DNA of 64,000 nt from Bdellovibrionota bacterium. Its GTDB lineage: Bacteria; Bdellovibrionota_C; UBA2361; JBGSMV01. Location of the stretch: positions 15,465 through 79,464 of the forward strand of contig JBIKWF010000007.1 in assembly GCA_044356455.1 (NCBI GenBank), read 5' to 3'. The notes under the pieces are model-generated. The model saw nothing but the letters and a program-made list of their open reading frames with translations, did not search any database and had not been told where the DNA came from. Shown piece after piece: positions 31,534 to 41,130 of the stretch. The stretch's first letter is position 1. The number at the start of each line of letters is the position of its first letter. The translations under genes were made by a program, and so were the position numbers.

Positions 31534-32640
31534 TTAGCTTTTGAGAGCCTCAAACAATTCTTTTCTTGCTTTTAAAGCGCCGTACGAAAAGAGTGCCGCG
31601 CTAGAGCATCCTAGTGATTGAGCCACATCAAGTTGACGCAGTACGGCCTCTCCGTCAGGGCACTTGTAACATCCAATACCAGGTACGAGGGCTGACTGCT
31701 CATTTGCGAAAGCGAGCGCTTGGCGCAGCATGAGTTCAAAATGATGGGTATCAGCAGTGTAGGCCATCGGCAGAGCGCTACTTACAATCCCGTCCTGTAG
31801 CCACGTTCTCCAATCCTGAAAAGCGCTCAAGTAGGCGCGGTCACTCCAGCAAATCGTCGCTGCGGAAAGCTGCATTTTTTCTGGCATGAGGCCCCGGAAG
31901 CTTCGAACAAGCCCGGTGAGCTGAGCTCGTCTCCAGGCGTCGAAGGAAAGAGCTGCCTGAGCGTCCTGCCAGGTTGCGTGGCAGCCATCCTTAATCTCAA
32001 CCTCAGTTGAGAAACCAGTTTGTTCACCAAATGCCGCAAGCGCTTGGCCATAACCAAGATCAATACCACGAGGAACGGTCGCCCCGGCTCTCATTGGGAG
32101 CATGTAGGGGTAGCGTATAAAGTCGAGGTGAATTCCGGCCAGGCTTGAGTAGCCGCGACCAAGTTCGTCCACAAGGGTGCACAAGTAGCTACGAACCGAA
32201 GGTGAACTAGGGTCAACCCACGCCCCGGGTGTATCCAGGATGGCCCCACCGGCTTCCTTGTGAGGACATTGGCTAAAGTCTTTATAGTCACTTAAAGAGC
32301 CGCCGAGAGAGTCCACAAGAAAACCCCCCTTGGAGAAGCGCTCAAGGGCCCACGGGGAGGGGCTCACTCCAAAATTACAGCAGTTAATCCAGGCATGCAC
32401 TTCTATGCCCTTTTTCTCGGCTTGTTCGCAGGTGTAACGAAGGGGATCAACCTCCGCCTTGGCCAGCATGGAAGAGTCGGCGATCCGCGACGTGTACCAG
32501 GCGTAGCCCCTGCGGTGCACCTGGAGGTATAGGGAGGAGATATTGAGAGCCTCGGCATCTGCAAGAAGACTATCAACTGCAGTTTTGGAGACGGGATTGA
32601 AGGAAGTACCCTCGGCTTCAACCCAAAGACCGCGTTTCAT
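31534..32640 (-). CDS. Glycoside hydrolase-like 10 (DUF187/YddW-type)
   Basis: RGLWV, LYLQV..RGYAWYTS, GIEVHAWIN, WVDPSSPSVR, GIHLDFIRYP, QDWRTWL, PMAY. Confidence 0.85.
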   Translation of the reverse strand: MKRGLWVEAEGTSFNPVSKTAVDSLLADAEALNISSLYLQVHRRGYAWYTSRIADSSMLAKAEVDPLRYTCEQAEKKGIEVHAWINCCNFGVSPSPWALERFSKGGFLVDSLGGSLSDYKDFSQCPHKEAGGAILDTPGAWVDPSSPSVRSYLCTLVDELGRGYSSLAGIHLDFIRYPYMLPMRAGATVPRGIDLGYGQALAAFGEQTGFSTEVEIKDGCHATWQDAQAALSFDAWRRAQLTGLVRSFRGLMPEKMQLSAATICWSDRAYLSAFQDWRTWLQDGIVSSALPMAYTADTHHFELMLRQALAFANEQSALVPGIGCYKCPDGEAVLRQLDVAQSLGCSSAALFSYGALKARKELFEALKS

Positions 32641-32712
32641 TTACCATATCTCCCAAAACGATTGTAACCTAGGGGACATCTAACATATGCGAGCTATTGA
32701 GAGCACTCCCCT

Positions 32713-33468
32713 ATGATTGAAATAAAAAATGTTACGAAGCGATATGGGTCCTTTTGTGCAGTGAGCGATCTTTCATTGCAGGTCAATGACGGGGAAATTT
32801 TTGGATTCCTCGGCGTCAATGGGGCGGGAAAAACGACGACCCTTCGAATGCTCGCTGGCATTCTCAAGCCAACTTCGGGTGTTCTCAAAATAGGTGGATT
32901 TGATGTTGAGCGGCAACCTCGCGAGGCAAAGAGTATCACGGGATTTATTCCTGACCGACCGTATCTCTACTCAAAGCTCACAGGTAGAGAGTTTCTCTAT
33001 TTTGTGTCCGACCTTTATAGCGTTCCCCCTAAGGATGCCGAAGGCCGGATCGATCAGTTGCTTTCCGAATACCGACTGCTCGATTGGCAGGACGAGCTCG
33101 TAGAGAGTTACTCGCACGGGATGAAGCAGCGCCTCGCGACTTGCGCCGCTCTCGTACATCGCCCCAAGGTGCTTATTGTAGACGAGCCCATGGTCGGTCT
33201 TGACCCCCATGGGGCAAAGCTCCTTAAAGAGTCGCTTCGTTCCTATGCAAAGCAAGGGATGTCAATTTTGCTTTCAACCCATTCCCTGAATGTGGCCGAG
33301 GAGGTTTCCGATAGGCTCGCGATAATCCATCGCGGCAAGCTCATTGCGCTTGGAACTTTAAAAGAAATTCGAGAACGCTCCGGGAGAGAAAAGGAGGACC
33401 TTGAGCAGATTTTCCTTGAGCTTACCACCCAGGCTGCGGAAGGAGAGTCCAGGGAGATGTTTCAATAA
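32713..33468 (+). CDS. ABC transporter ATP-binding protein
   Basis: GVNGAGKTT, YSHGMKQR, VDEPMVGLDP, STH. Confidence 0.95.
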   Translation: MIEIKNVTKRYGSFCAVSDLSLQVNDGEIFGFLGVNGAGKTTTLRMLAGILKPTSGVLKIGGFDVERQPREAKSITGFIPDRPYLYSKLTGREFLYFVSDLYSVPPKDAEGRIDQLLSEYRLLDWQDELVESYSHGMKQRLATCAALVHRPKVLIVDEPMVGLDPHGAKLLKESLRSYAKQGMSILLSTHSLNVAEEVSDRLAIIHRGKLIALGTLKEIRERSGREKEDLEQIFLELTTQAAEGESREMFQ

Positions 33469-33546
33469 ATTCTCCTACCAGTTTACTTTTCCCATTGAAA
33501 GCAATCCTGCCAGTTACGGTAGGGCGACCAGAAGTCCAGAGAGTAT

Positions 33547-35292
33547 GTGGTGAATCAAACGAGGAAAAGCGCGCATTTTCGCTTTGGGCCGGTGCTGTTA
33601 AGGCCACGACTCATCCCGCTTGTCCGCAGGCCTTGGGCGCGCAGTGATTTACCTGGAACATGGCTCAAAAATGGACTCCTCTTTGCCTTTATCACCGTTT
33701 TGCTATGGGGTCTTCTTGAGAGCACCGTCGTCGGTCTTGAAAGGCTCTATGCGGTCCCCGAGTCTCATCTCATAACTCCCGCAGTTCCACTTCACTTGAT
33801 GTTTCTGTGCCTCCTCGGTCTGACGGCGCTTTCTGGCCTCGTGGGAACGCTCGCGTCACTTTTTCTATCAAAGGATATGGAGCTTATCCTTGCCTCTCCG
33901 CTTACCTGGCGCAGGCTCTTTTGGGGGAAGCTGCTTGAAATTACCATTCTCGCGTGCTGGTTCCCTGTGCTTTTTGTCGGTCCCGTGCTTGTTGGATTTG
34001 GAGTCTATTTTCATGCAGGGCCGCTTTTTTATCTTGGTTCCGCCCTCGTTCTTTTTACTCTTCTTCTTCTAGGAACTTCTTGCGCAATGACCGTAGTGAC
34101 TCTTCTCGCACGGCTAGTTCCTGCGGCGCGGTTCCGTCAAATCTTGGTAGCCTCTGCACTTCTTGGAATGGTGACGGCGTATCTCCTCTTTCAAAGACTT
34201 GTTCCCCCCTCGGTAGCTACCAGTGAGGTGAGTGAGTTATTAAGGGCGGCGATTGCGAAACATTCGTGGCGCTATTGGTATGAGCCGGCTTCGCTTGGGG
34301 CGGCAGCTTTAGATGCCCTGCGCATAGGGGCGTGGAGGGCGGCCTTAGAATCTTATGGCATCTTAGCCGCGTTCACCGCCTTGAGCCTCAGCGTCTCCTT
34401 TCTCGCTCTTCGCGCTTTTTTTGAAGACGCGTTTTCGCGTGCGCGCAGCATGAAGTCTCTCTTTCGCATTAACAGCAAACGCGCCCAGCGCCGCGTCCTT
34501 TTGCTGCTATCCTTTGTTAAGGCGCCGACGCGTGCGCTTATCACCAAAGAATACAAACTTTTTGCGCGCGATATGATTCAAGCACTGCAGCTCATGGTGC
34601 TGCTTGGGCTGTGCGTCATGTACCTCTATAATTTTCAAATACTAAGAACAGCAGGGGAATCAGCGCCCATCGCCGCCGGGGCGCGGCTCTGGTGGAGCGC
34701 GCTGCTTGTTATTATGAATCTCGGAGTAGGGGGCCTTGTTATCACTACTGTCTGCATGCGGTTTGTGTTTCCTTCAGTTTCACTTGAGGGTCAGTCGTAT
34801 TGGATACTTCAAGTGGCGCCTGTCACACCTCTTGAGCTTCTCAAAGCGAAGTTCTGGTGTTGGCTCATTCCTCTGGGAGCGATAACGAGTGTCATTATGG
34901 CAAGCGGTGCTCTCGCTATCCAGGCGGAGCCTCGGATTGTGGCGGTGAGCGCTTTTGTGAGCTGGGTGTTTTGTTATGGGATTGTTGGTCTGGCGGTTGG
35001 GCTTGGGGCATTCTTCTCGAATTTTACCTGGGATCATCCCGCGCAGTTGACCGCGAGCTTTGGGGCTCTTCTGTATCTATTTCTGAGCGTCATCCTGGTG
35101 GTGGGCTCAATGGTGCCCACCTCGGTGCTGGTCCTGCTGCGAACTGCACGTAGTCAAGGAATGAATTTTCCGCCCACTCAGTGGGCTGTTTTTGTAGTCC
35201 TCGCGTCAGCCTTTGTGGTGTACCTCAATTTCATCGCGCATCGCTGGGCTATGAAGCTTGGAGCCCAGGCGCTCGCTACCGTTTCCAAGTAA
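33547..35292 (+). CDS. ABC exporter permease
   Basis: About 12 TMs; two halves with LFLSKDMELILASPL and FVFPSVSLEG..WIL...P...LLKAKF; follows the ABC ATPase. Confidence 0.82.
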   Translation: MVNQTRKSAHFRFGPVLLRPRLIPLVRRPWARSDLPGTWLKNGLLFAFITVLLWGLLESTVVGLERLYAVPESHLITPAVPLHLMFLCLLGLTALSGLVGTLASLFLSKDMELILASPLTWRRLFWGKLLEITILACWFPVLFVGPVLVGFGVYFHAGPLFYLGSALVLFTLLLLGTSCAMTVVTLLARLVPAARFRQILVASALLGMVTAYLLFQRLVPPSVATSEVSELLRAAIAKHSWRYWYEPASLGAAALDALRIGAWRAALESYGILAAFTALSLSVSFLALRAFFEDAFSRARSMKSLFRINSKRAQRRVLLLLSFVKAPTRALITKEYKLFARDMIQALQLMVLLGLCVMYLYNFQILRTAGESAPIAAGARLWWSALLVIMNLGVGGLVITTVCMRFVFPSVSLEGQSYWILQVAPVTPLELLKAKFWCWLIPLGAITSVIMASGALAIQAEPRIVAVSAFVSWVFCYGIVGLAVGLGAFFSNFTWDHPAQLTASFGALLYLFLSVILVVGSMVPTSVLVLLRTARSQGMNFPPTQWAVFVVLASAFVVYLNFIAHRWAMKLGAQALATVSK

Positions 35293-35490
35293 GGCCTTTT
35301 GATCTTTTTTTGAGCCAGGATAACCCTCTTTGAGTTCCTCGCGAGACTGCCGGGGCAGCGCTTGCCTTTTTTGCGGGCGAGATTCCCCAGCCAAAAACCG
35401 CCGGTGTGAAAATTAGAATGCCAAATACTCGTAAGAGAATTTGGTAACATTACTTTCCGTTCCCTAGTCAATGTGTGAGTAGCACATTTG

Positions 35491-35506
35491 TGGCATGCGC
35501 GTTGCA
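35491..35506 (+). promoter_or_regulatory. Sigma-54 -24/-12 promoter
   Basis: TGGCATGCGCGTTGCA: GG-N10-GC, near the consensus TGGCAC-N5-TTGCW, about 50 bp before the ATG at 35558. Confidence 0.7.
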
Positions 35507-35557
35507 CTACGAGCAAATGAAACTTTGCGCACGACTGAAGCTACTGAAAGGAGTTTT

Positions 35558-36063
35558 ATGAGAAGCGATCGAAAGCCGTCCTCCCTGCGAAGCTATTTAT
35601 CCCTGTGCTGCCTTGCTGTGTTGCTTGCTCATCCAGCGCTTGGGCGCGCCGATGATTTTGAAACGACGATTCTGCCTGAATGGTTTCTTCCGACTTCAGT
35701 AAATGCGGGAGCCCACGTGGCGGGGTATCTTCAGGTAAGCACCTACTTGCATCTTCCTGCGACATTCTCAACGACAGATGGATCTCTTCAAATACTGGTT
35801 CTCCAATTCAAGTGCTTGGGCTTGCAGACAACGAGGCTATGGTGGGAAAGACCCTGACGGGCGGGACCTTTGTCTTTAAAGAAGCAGGCAATGATGAGTG
35901 GGTTTCCCTCAGCTCTCCAGAGTTGATTGGGAATCTCCCTTGGCAGATTCAGGAGGTGATTCAATATACTCCTGAGGGGTTTCTATTGGTAAAGGCCTCG
36001 CTCGAGCAGCCAGGTCCTGACCTTGTGCGCCACCTGCTCTTGCAGCCTTCAGTCGAATCCTAG
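35558..36063 (+). pseudogene. Secreted protein gene apparently split across two frames
   Basis: AAGGAG RBS, ATG 35558 and a signal peptide in one frame (stop 35857); a protein-like beta-rich C-terminus in an overlapping frame ends at 36063. Confidence 0.5.
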
Positions 36064-36067
36064 TTCC

Positions 36068-36150
36068 TCGCGAGTCCTTCGCGTGCCACGAGTAATGTCA
36101 GTTTATAGGTGGAGTTGGGGGGCGGGGAGCTAGGCTGGAAACTCTCGCCG
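36068..36150 (-). pseudogene. Remnant copy of an internal segment of the 37443..38297 gene
   Basis: 36068-36112 matches 37931-37975 at 41/45 nt; translates ...PPNSTYKLTLLVAREGLA versus PPSATYTLTLLVAREGLA. Confidence 0.75.
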
Positions 36151-36169
36151 AGTTTTCTCTGGGGGCAAT

Positions 36170-37156
36170 CTAGGCGAATCGATCAGTTCGATTTCCTACT
36201 TGACCGTTGTCCTTACGCCCAATCAACTGGGCGCAAGCTCGTAGTCCCTGAGCCTCTTCGCCTGAGGCACTTTCTGCTAATTGCATGAGAGTCTGCTCCT
36301 GCTGCTTTGGCGTTTTGGAACCGTTAAGGTAAAGTTCTCGTCGAATGAGATCCGCAGCAGCGAATCTATCTCTTTCAGAGTCAATTGTAGAACTTATCCC
36401 GAGTCGGGCCATTCGGCTTGCTAGACTTGGGGCTGCAAGTAGCGAGATGCACTTACGTAGCTCATCAGACTGGTTCGAATCTTGAACGGGAATTCGGGAC
36501 AGCATATTGCATTGGCTTCTAGAATCCTTGGCTCCAAGCATGCAAAGGTGCTCTCTTAGCTCGCAGATGAAGAGGGTCAGTTCTTTGGTTGAATAGGCCC
36601 TGCCGTATCTCGCTAGATGTGTTGCTAGCTCGGCAATCTCCCCTGGGTCTTTGCGTCTAATTAGTCGAGCGCAAGCTTGTATCTCCTGAGCCTTTTCACC
36701 CGCGACTCTTTCTGCCATTTGCATAAGAGCCTGCATCTGACGCTCTGGCGTTTTGGCACCGAGAAGGCAAAGTTCTCGTCGAACAAGCTTAGCGGTAGCT
36801 AAGTTATCAATTCTAGAATCAAGGTCAGAATTCTTGCCAAGTAGTGCCATTCGGCTTGCGAGCTCGCGGGCATCAAACTGCGAGGCGCACCGCCGCAGTT
36901 CCTCAGACCTGCCCGGCATATGATGAGCAATGCGATTAAACAAGTCTCTTTGGCAATTAGGATCTGAGACTCCAAGTTTACAAAGGTGCTCTCGTAAATC
37001 GCAGATGGCGTGAGTCAGTTCCTTGGCTGAATAGACCATGCTTTTTCTTGCAAGATCTGTGGCTAGGTCGGCGATCTCATCTAGAGAATCTGAACGAAGT
37101 GTAGCAACTTTAATTTTGGAACAGAGGCCCTGCATCATAAGGATCCTGACATTCAA
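36170..37156 (-). CDS. Hypothetical protein made of two 146-aa tandem repeats
   Basis: EIADLAT...LREHLC...LASRMA...RREL...KTP...RKD recurs at a 146-aa period; start uncertain. Confidence 0.75.
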   Translation of the reverse strand: MNVRILMMQGLCSKIKVATLRSDSLDEIADLATDLARKSMVYSAKELTHAICDLREHLCKLGVSDPNCQRDLFNRIAHHMPGRSEELRRCASQFDARELASRMALLGKNSDLDSRIDNLATAKLVRRELCLLGAKTPERQMQALMQMAERVAGEKAQEIQACARLIRRKDPGEIAELATHLARYGRAYSTKELTLFICELREHLCMLGAKDSRSQCNMLSRIPVQDSNQSDELRKCISLLAAPSLASRMARLGISSTIDSERDRFAAADLIRRELYLNGSKTPKQQEQTLMQLAESASGEEAQGLRACAQLIGRKDNGQVGNRTDRFA

Positions 37157-37442
37157 TTTCTCATTGCATTTTGCGGGCGTGATCTACTCACACTGTTCTT
37201 AGCGCGTTCCCAAGTTCATTATGTGCCCCATATCAGCTTAGGTGACCTAGTCGGTGAATAATTCAGGCAAATGCATTAAATATCAAAGGCTTAGGTATCA
37301 GCAATGGTGCCGCGAATCGGCATTGAGGCGGGAAGGGATTGTTCTGCCTTTGTCCAAGCTCAAATCTTTTGCTAAGGAGTATAAAGAATTCGTAAGGGGG
37401 CAGTCCTCTCGCGTTCAACAGGTTTCCGAGAGATTTCTCGAA

Positions 37443-38297
37443 CTACTTTTTTATCACCGAGTAGTCCCCAGGAATTTCAGCCGAGAATAGCGTGTCGGGA
37501 ATGTCTTGATTGCACTTGGTCGTGGTGAGGGTAAACGTCATACCCAGATTCTGCCTGGGGAGCTTTACCGAAATGACACCAGGGAGCTGGAGCCCCTCGC
37601 ACGTGACGGCACCCTCGTATCCAAGCTCAACATCAGTTAAACCGTCAAACCTGTTGACGAGAGTTGCCTCAGTAAGGAGCCCTGTGGTGGGTTCGATGGT
37701 CCAGGTATCCCCGGTATCGGTGAGGCGTACCATGAGCTTTCCCGTCTGGGTATTCGTGGTAACGAGAGCTTCCTTTTGGTTGCTTACGCGCGCGGCAAAG
37801 CGCGGAGGTACTCGCGCAAGGAAGTACGACATGAGATCGGATTCGCTCATAGGGAGTTTGAGGGCTGCTTGCAAAAGGCCACTCGCAGAGGAAGATACCA
37901 CGGCGGATTTCTCACGGGGGTCAAGCAAGGTCGCGAGTCCTTCGCGCGCCACGAGTAATGTCAGCGTGTAGGTGGCAGATGGCGGGAGAATCTCAAGCCT
38001 AAACTTATCTGGTTTTTGAAAAACAATTATTCCTCGAACGGCCGAAGTTTGCTCCGACTCGGTTAGCACTACCTGGCTTAGCGAGCGTAGCGATCGAATC
38101 TCCTGGTCTCTCCTGATAAGGGTTTCTTGCAGCGTCAAACGAGCGTCATCGGCGAGTGGGTTTCCTGGGATGGGCGCGCGGCGGGGGGTGCAGCTGCTTG
38201 AAAACAATAGGAGCACCAAAATACTCGCAAGGAATGCCGCGTAAGCCATGCGAGGGCGGGAAGGCTCCCCCGGGGAGTTGTGAGGATTTGTGATCAC
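37443..38297 (-). CDS. LolA/LolB-fold-like lipoprotein
   Basis: Lipobox-like FSSSC, IVFQKPDKFRLEIL, NQDIPDTLFSAEIP; directly follows a TPR lipoprotein as in TPR-lolB loci. Confidence 0.6.
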   Translation of the reverse strand: MITNPHNSPGEPSRPRMAYAAFLASILVLLLFSSSCTPRRAPIPGNPLADDARLTLQETLIRRDQEIRSLRSLSQVVLTESEQTSAVRGIIVFQKPDKFRLEILPPSATYTLTLLVAREGLATLLDPREKSAVVSSSASGLLQAALKLPMSESDLMSYFLARVPPRFAARVSNQKEALVTTNTQTGKLMVRLTDTGDTWTIEPTTGLLTEATLVNRFDGLTDVELGYEGAVTCEGLQLPGVISVKLPRQNLGMTFTLTTTKCNQDIPDTLFSAEIPGDYSVIKK

Positions 38298-38301
38298 CTA
38301 A

Positions 38302-40236
38302 TTAGTTACTCAGCTTATCCGAGACACGAGGATTTGGGGCCGCCGATTTTTTAAGCTTCTCTTCGATTCGCGAAATAGCTTCAGCATGTTCATCTCCTTC
38401 AGCGTCCCGCAGCTTCTCGAGTGCTAGGCCATACGCTTCCGCGGCTTCTGGGCTCTTGCCGTTTGCAGCGAGGGCATCTGCGTAGTGTTCAAGGATTTCG
38501 GGGTCTTCCGAGGTGAGCTGAACGGCTCGGCTTAGGCTTGCCTCAGCATCCTTACTTTGGCCTTGCCGAAGCTGGATGCATCCTAAGGTGTCGAGATAGA
38601 AGCCGTCGTTTGGCCTAATAGAAAGGGCCCGTTCAATCAGGGTCAAGGCTCGGTCAAGGTTATCGTTCTTCTTCGCAAGCGCGAATGCTACGAAATTAAG
38701 TGCATCGCTGTTATTTGGCTCGGCGGCGATAACTTGCTCCATGGCGCTAAGCGATCCCGTCAGGTCTCCCATCTCATGCAGCAGGCTGCCGTAACTAAAG
38801 AGCAGTTTTCCGTCGTTGGGCGTTTTCTTGAGCTGGGTTTCTAAAAGGTCGCGCGCCTTGTCGAACTGCCTGCTCTCTTTAAGGATTACTACCAAGAAGC
38901 TTAGCACGTCCGTGTCGGGTTCCTTGGTTGAGAGCGCCTCTCGAATCGCTCGTTCCGCTCCTGCGAAATCTCTATTCTGCCTAAGCAGAAATGCGGCGAA
39001 GGTGCGTGACTTAACAAAGAGTGGGGAGTCACTTTCAATCTTCCAGAGCTCGTTTGCAGCTTCTTTTACATCCCCGGTGCTAGAAAGTACCGCTGCTAAA
39101 TTATAGCGGGCCTCCGCGTTCGAAGGATCCTTTGCCAGTATGAGCCTGAGAAATCGCAAGGCTGTTTTGTGATTCTGCTGACGCACAGAAGCGAGCGCGA
39201 GACGAAACTGAGCCTCAGCTATGGTGATAGGTGTGCTATCGACTGAGCGCAGCTTTTCGAGTGCCTCTGACTCGCTCGAGTTTGAGATGAGCAGCAAGAT
39301 GCGCTTTGCAGTTTGATGGGCAGGGTCTGCTTTGAGAAGCTGGTTACAGCGCTCTTTAATCTCTTGGGCCTTCCCAAGTTTGGCGAGGACGCGTGCACTA
39401 TCGATCAGGGGGTAGGGGTTCCTTGGCTCTAACGCGAGCGTCTGGGAATAGGCGGCAAGTGCCTCCTGGAATTGGCCTGCACCTTCAAGGCTACGAGCGA
39501 GATAGTAAGTTGCTATTCCCTCGCGCGGATGATCCTTCACGGCCTGGGCGAGAACCTGTGCTGCGTCTTGAAACCGCTCTTCTTCAATAAGCAGGACTCC
39601 CAAAAGCAGTTCGGGCTCAAGAGGTGCAGCGGTGGTTTTCTTTTCTGCAGTTTGCGCGGAGACTCCTGCCGAATCTGCGCGGGCGATTGCAGCCCGGTAG
39701 GCAGTTTCAGCTTCTGCCTTTCTCTCAAGGGTATGCAGCAGCAAGGCCTTAAGCAGCAGGGACTCCTCGTTGTCACCCTCGTCTGCTAAGGCTGCGTTAA
39801 TCTCCTGAAGCGAGGCTTCTAGATCGAGAGCGCCCAAGTAAAGGTCTGCAAGTTGAGAGTGCAGAGTGGGAACGGGTCCTTCAAAAAGCTGCTTCGCTTT
39901 CGAAAAGTTTGCAATTGCGGCCTCAGAATCATTGGATTGAAGCGCTATCTCTCCGCGTAAATAGGAGAGGAGCGCCGAAGATTTCTTCGACACGGACTGT
40001 CCCAGGGATGAGCGCGGCGCGTGTTGTATGTCGGTGTCGAGCTGACTCGAGGGAGTTTGAGGTCCACTGGTAAACGCGCACCCGCCCACGAGAAGCCCCA
40101 AAAGAGACGGCAAAAGAAGAGGGCGAGGTGTGAGAGGAGCTGCGTTTGTGCGCGAGCGAGAGGCTACGGGCACACCTAGAGTGAGCGACCGGAATCGGTT
40201 CAGCGGAGAATCGGTAAGGCGTGTTCTTCTATTCAC
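38302..40236 (-). CDS. TPR-repeat lipoprotein
   Basis: LVGGC lipobox; multiple TPRs; ALNFVAF...LDRALTLIERAL..RPNDGFYLDTLG...DPEILEHYADAL. Confidence 0.88.
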   Translation of the reverse strand: MNRRTRLTDSPLNRFRSLTLGVPVASRSRTNAAPLTPRPLLLPSLLGLLVGGCAFTSGPQTPSSQLDTDIQHAPRSSLGQSVSKKSSALLSYLRGEIALQSNDSEAAIANFSKAKQLFEGPVPTLHSQLADLYLGALDLEASLQEINAALADEGDNEESLLLKALLLHTLERKAEAETAYRAAIARADSAGVSAQTAEKKTTAAPLEPELLLGVLLIEEERFQDAAQVLAQAVKDHPREGIATYYLARSLEGAGQFQEALAAYSQTLALEPRNPYPLIDSARVLAKLGKAQEIKERCNQLLKADPAHQTAKRILLLISNSSESEALEKLRSVDSTPITIAEAQFRLALASVRQQNHKTALRFLRLILAKDPSNAEARYNLAAVLSSTGDVKEAANELWKIESDSPLFVKSRTFAAFLLRQNRDFAGAERAIREALSTKEPDTDVLSFLVVILKESRQFDKARDLLETQLKKTPNDGKLLFSYGSLLHEMGDLTGSLSAMEQVIAAEPNNSDALNFVAFALAKKNDNLDRALTLIERALSIRPNDGFYLDTLGCIQLRQGQSKDAEASLSRAVQLTSEDPEILEHYADALAANGKSPEAAEAYGLALEKLRDAEGDEHAEAISRIEEKLKKSAAPNPRVSDKLSN

Positions 40237-40424
40237 GTTCGCTCATATGTACCACTCGTCAGGGCGTTGGCCAACGCTTCTTCGCGGCCAAATCGCACTA
40301 AGCGACAGACACAAAGTTTTGCAGACTGCAGAACGTAGAGCAGGGGAAGAGGGACTGGCCGTTAGTCTGTAAACACTTCAGTCACGCACGTAAGGCGACT
40401 TTCTCGGGGGAGAAGGATAGCGAG

Positions 40425-40498
40425 TGGCTCGCCCGCGAGGACTCGAACCTCGATTCTCAGAGTCAGAATCTGATGTGCTACCATTGCACCACGGGCGA
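40425..40498 (-). tRNA. tRNA-Gln (anticodon CTG), CCA encoded
   Basis: TCGCCCG/CGGGCGA acceptor plus GCCA, anticodon arm TCAGA-TTCTGAC-TCTGA, GGTTCGAGTCC. Confidence 0.95.
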
Positions 40499-40774
40499 AC
40501 AGAGACCCCACGTTTTACCTATCTTCGCGACTTCTTACAACCGCACCGAAATATAGTCTTGATTGGCTAACTATCTGAAAGTACTCGCATAAGCCGTCTT
40601 TTGCCTCTTCAGGGCTGGAACATTTGGCTCAAGTTGATTCTCTGCTTCGCCGACTCCCTATCTACCACTCAGTGTGTGTGTGGATAGATTAAGTATTTCT
40701 CTGCAGTGAACCAGTAGCCCGTTCTGCTTTGTCGCCCCATGGCAAGCGTGCTGCGTTCTTAGGAGGAGAGCTAT

Positions 40775-41002
40775 ATGGCGAGAGCAGTGTATCAACACGA
40801 GCTGCAAGACCAAGATTTTTCGTGGTTACTTCAACGGTTTCAGGAGTCCAATCCCGAGTATGTGCTTGTGGAGTCAGCAATCCTGCCCGTTATTCTGGTG
40901 CGGGGAAGTCGTATTTCCCCTGTTTCCGACATTCCGCTTGTGCTTGGAGCTGCGGAGGATGAAATGCTAGATGAGGGAGCCATTACGGACCCAGAGTCCT
41001 AG
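40775..41002 (+). CDS. Small acidic hypothetical protein (75 aa)
   Basis: Strong AGGAGG RBS, ATG, followed by a long hairpin. Confidence 0.6.
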   Translation: MARAVYQHELQDQDFSWLLQRFQESNPEYVLVESAILPVILVRGSRISPVSDIPLVLGAAEDEMLDEGAITDPES

Positions 41003-41052
41003 GGGCATCCGCATCGCGTAATGTGCTGATAGATTACGTCGTAGGTGTAAGA

Positions 41053-41113
41053 AATACGAAGGGCTGCGGAACTTGGAGATTCTAAATCTCCTCATTTCGC
41101 AGCCCTTCGTATT
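41053..41113. terminator. Long hairpin between convergent genes (bidirectional terminator candidate)
   Basis: 16-bp perfect stem AATACGAAGGGCTGCG / CGCAGCCCTTCGTATT with inner GGAGATT/AATCTCC stem. Confidence 0.65.
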
Positions 41114-41130
41114 GTATCCTGTCAACAGAG

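Noticed and set aside
36068..37975. Diversity-generating retroelement TR/VR pair (3 of 4 mismatches are at adenines of the non-coding copy on the minus strand)
   Set aside because: The match is only 45 bp, non-adenine mismatches occur and dominate beyond it, the target is mid-gene, and there is no reverse transcriptase in the window.
40236..41130. Prophage or island integrated at tRNA-Gln
   Set aside because: I noticed no duplicated tRNA 3' end, integrase or phage genes; the flanks are core envelope genes.
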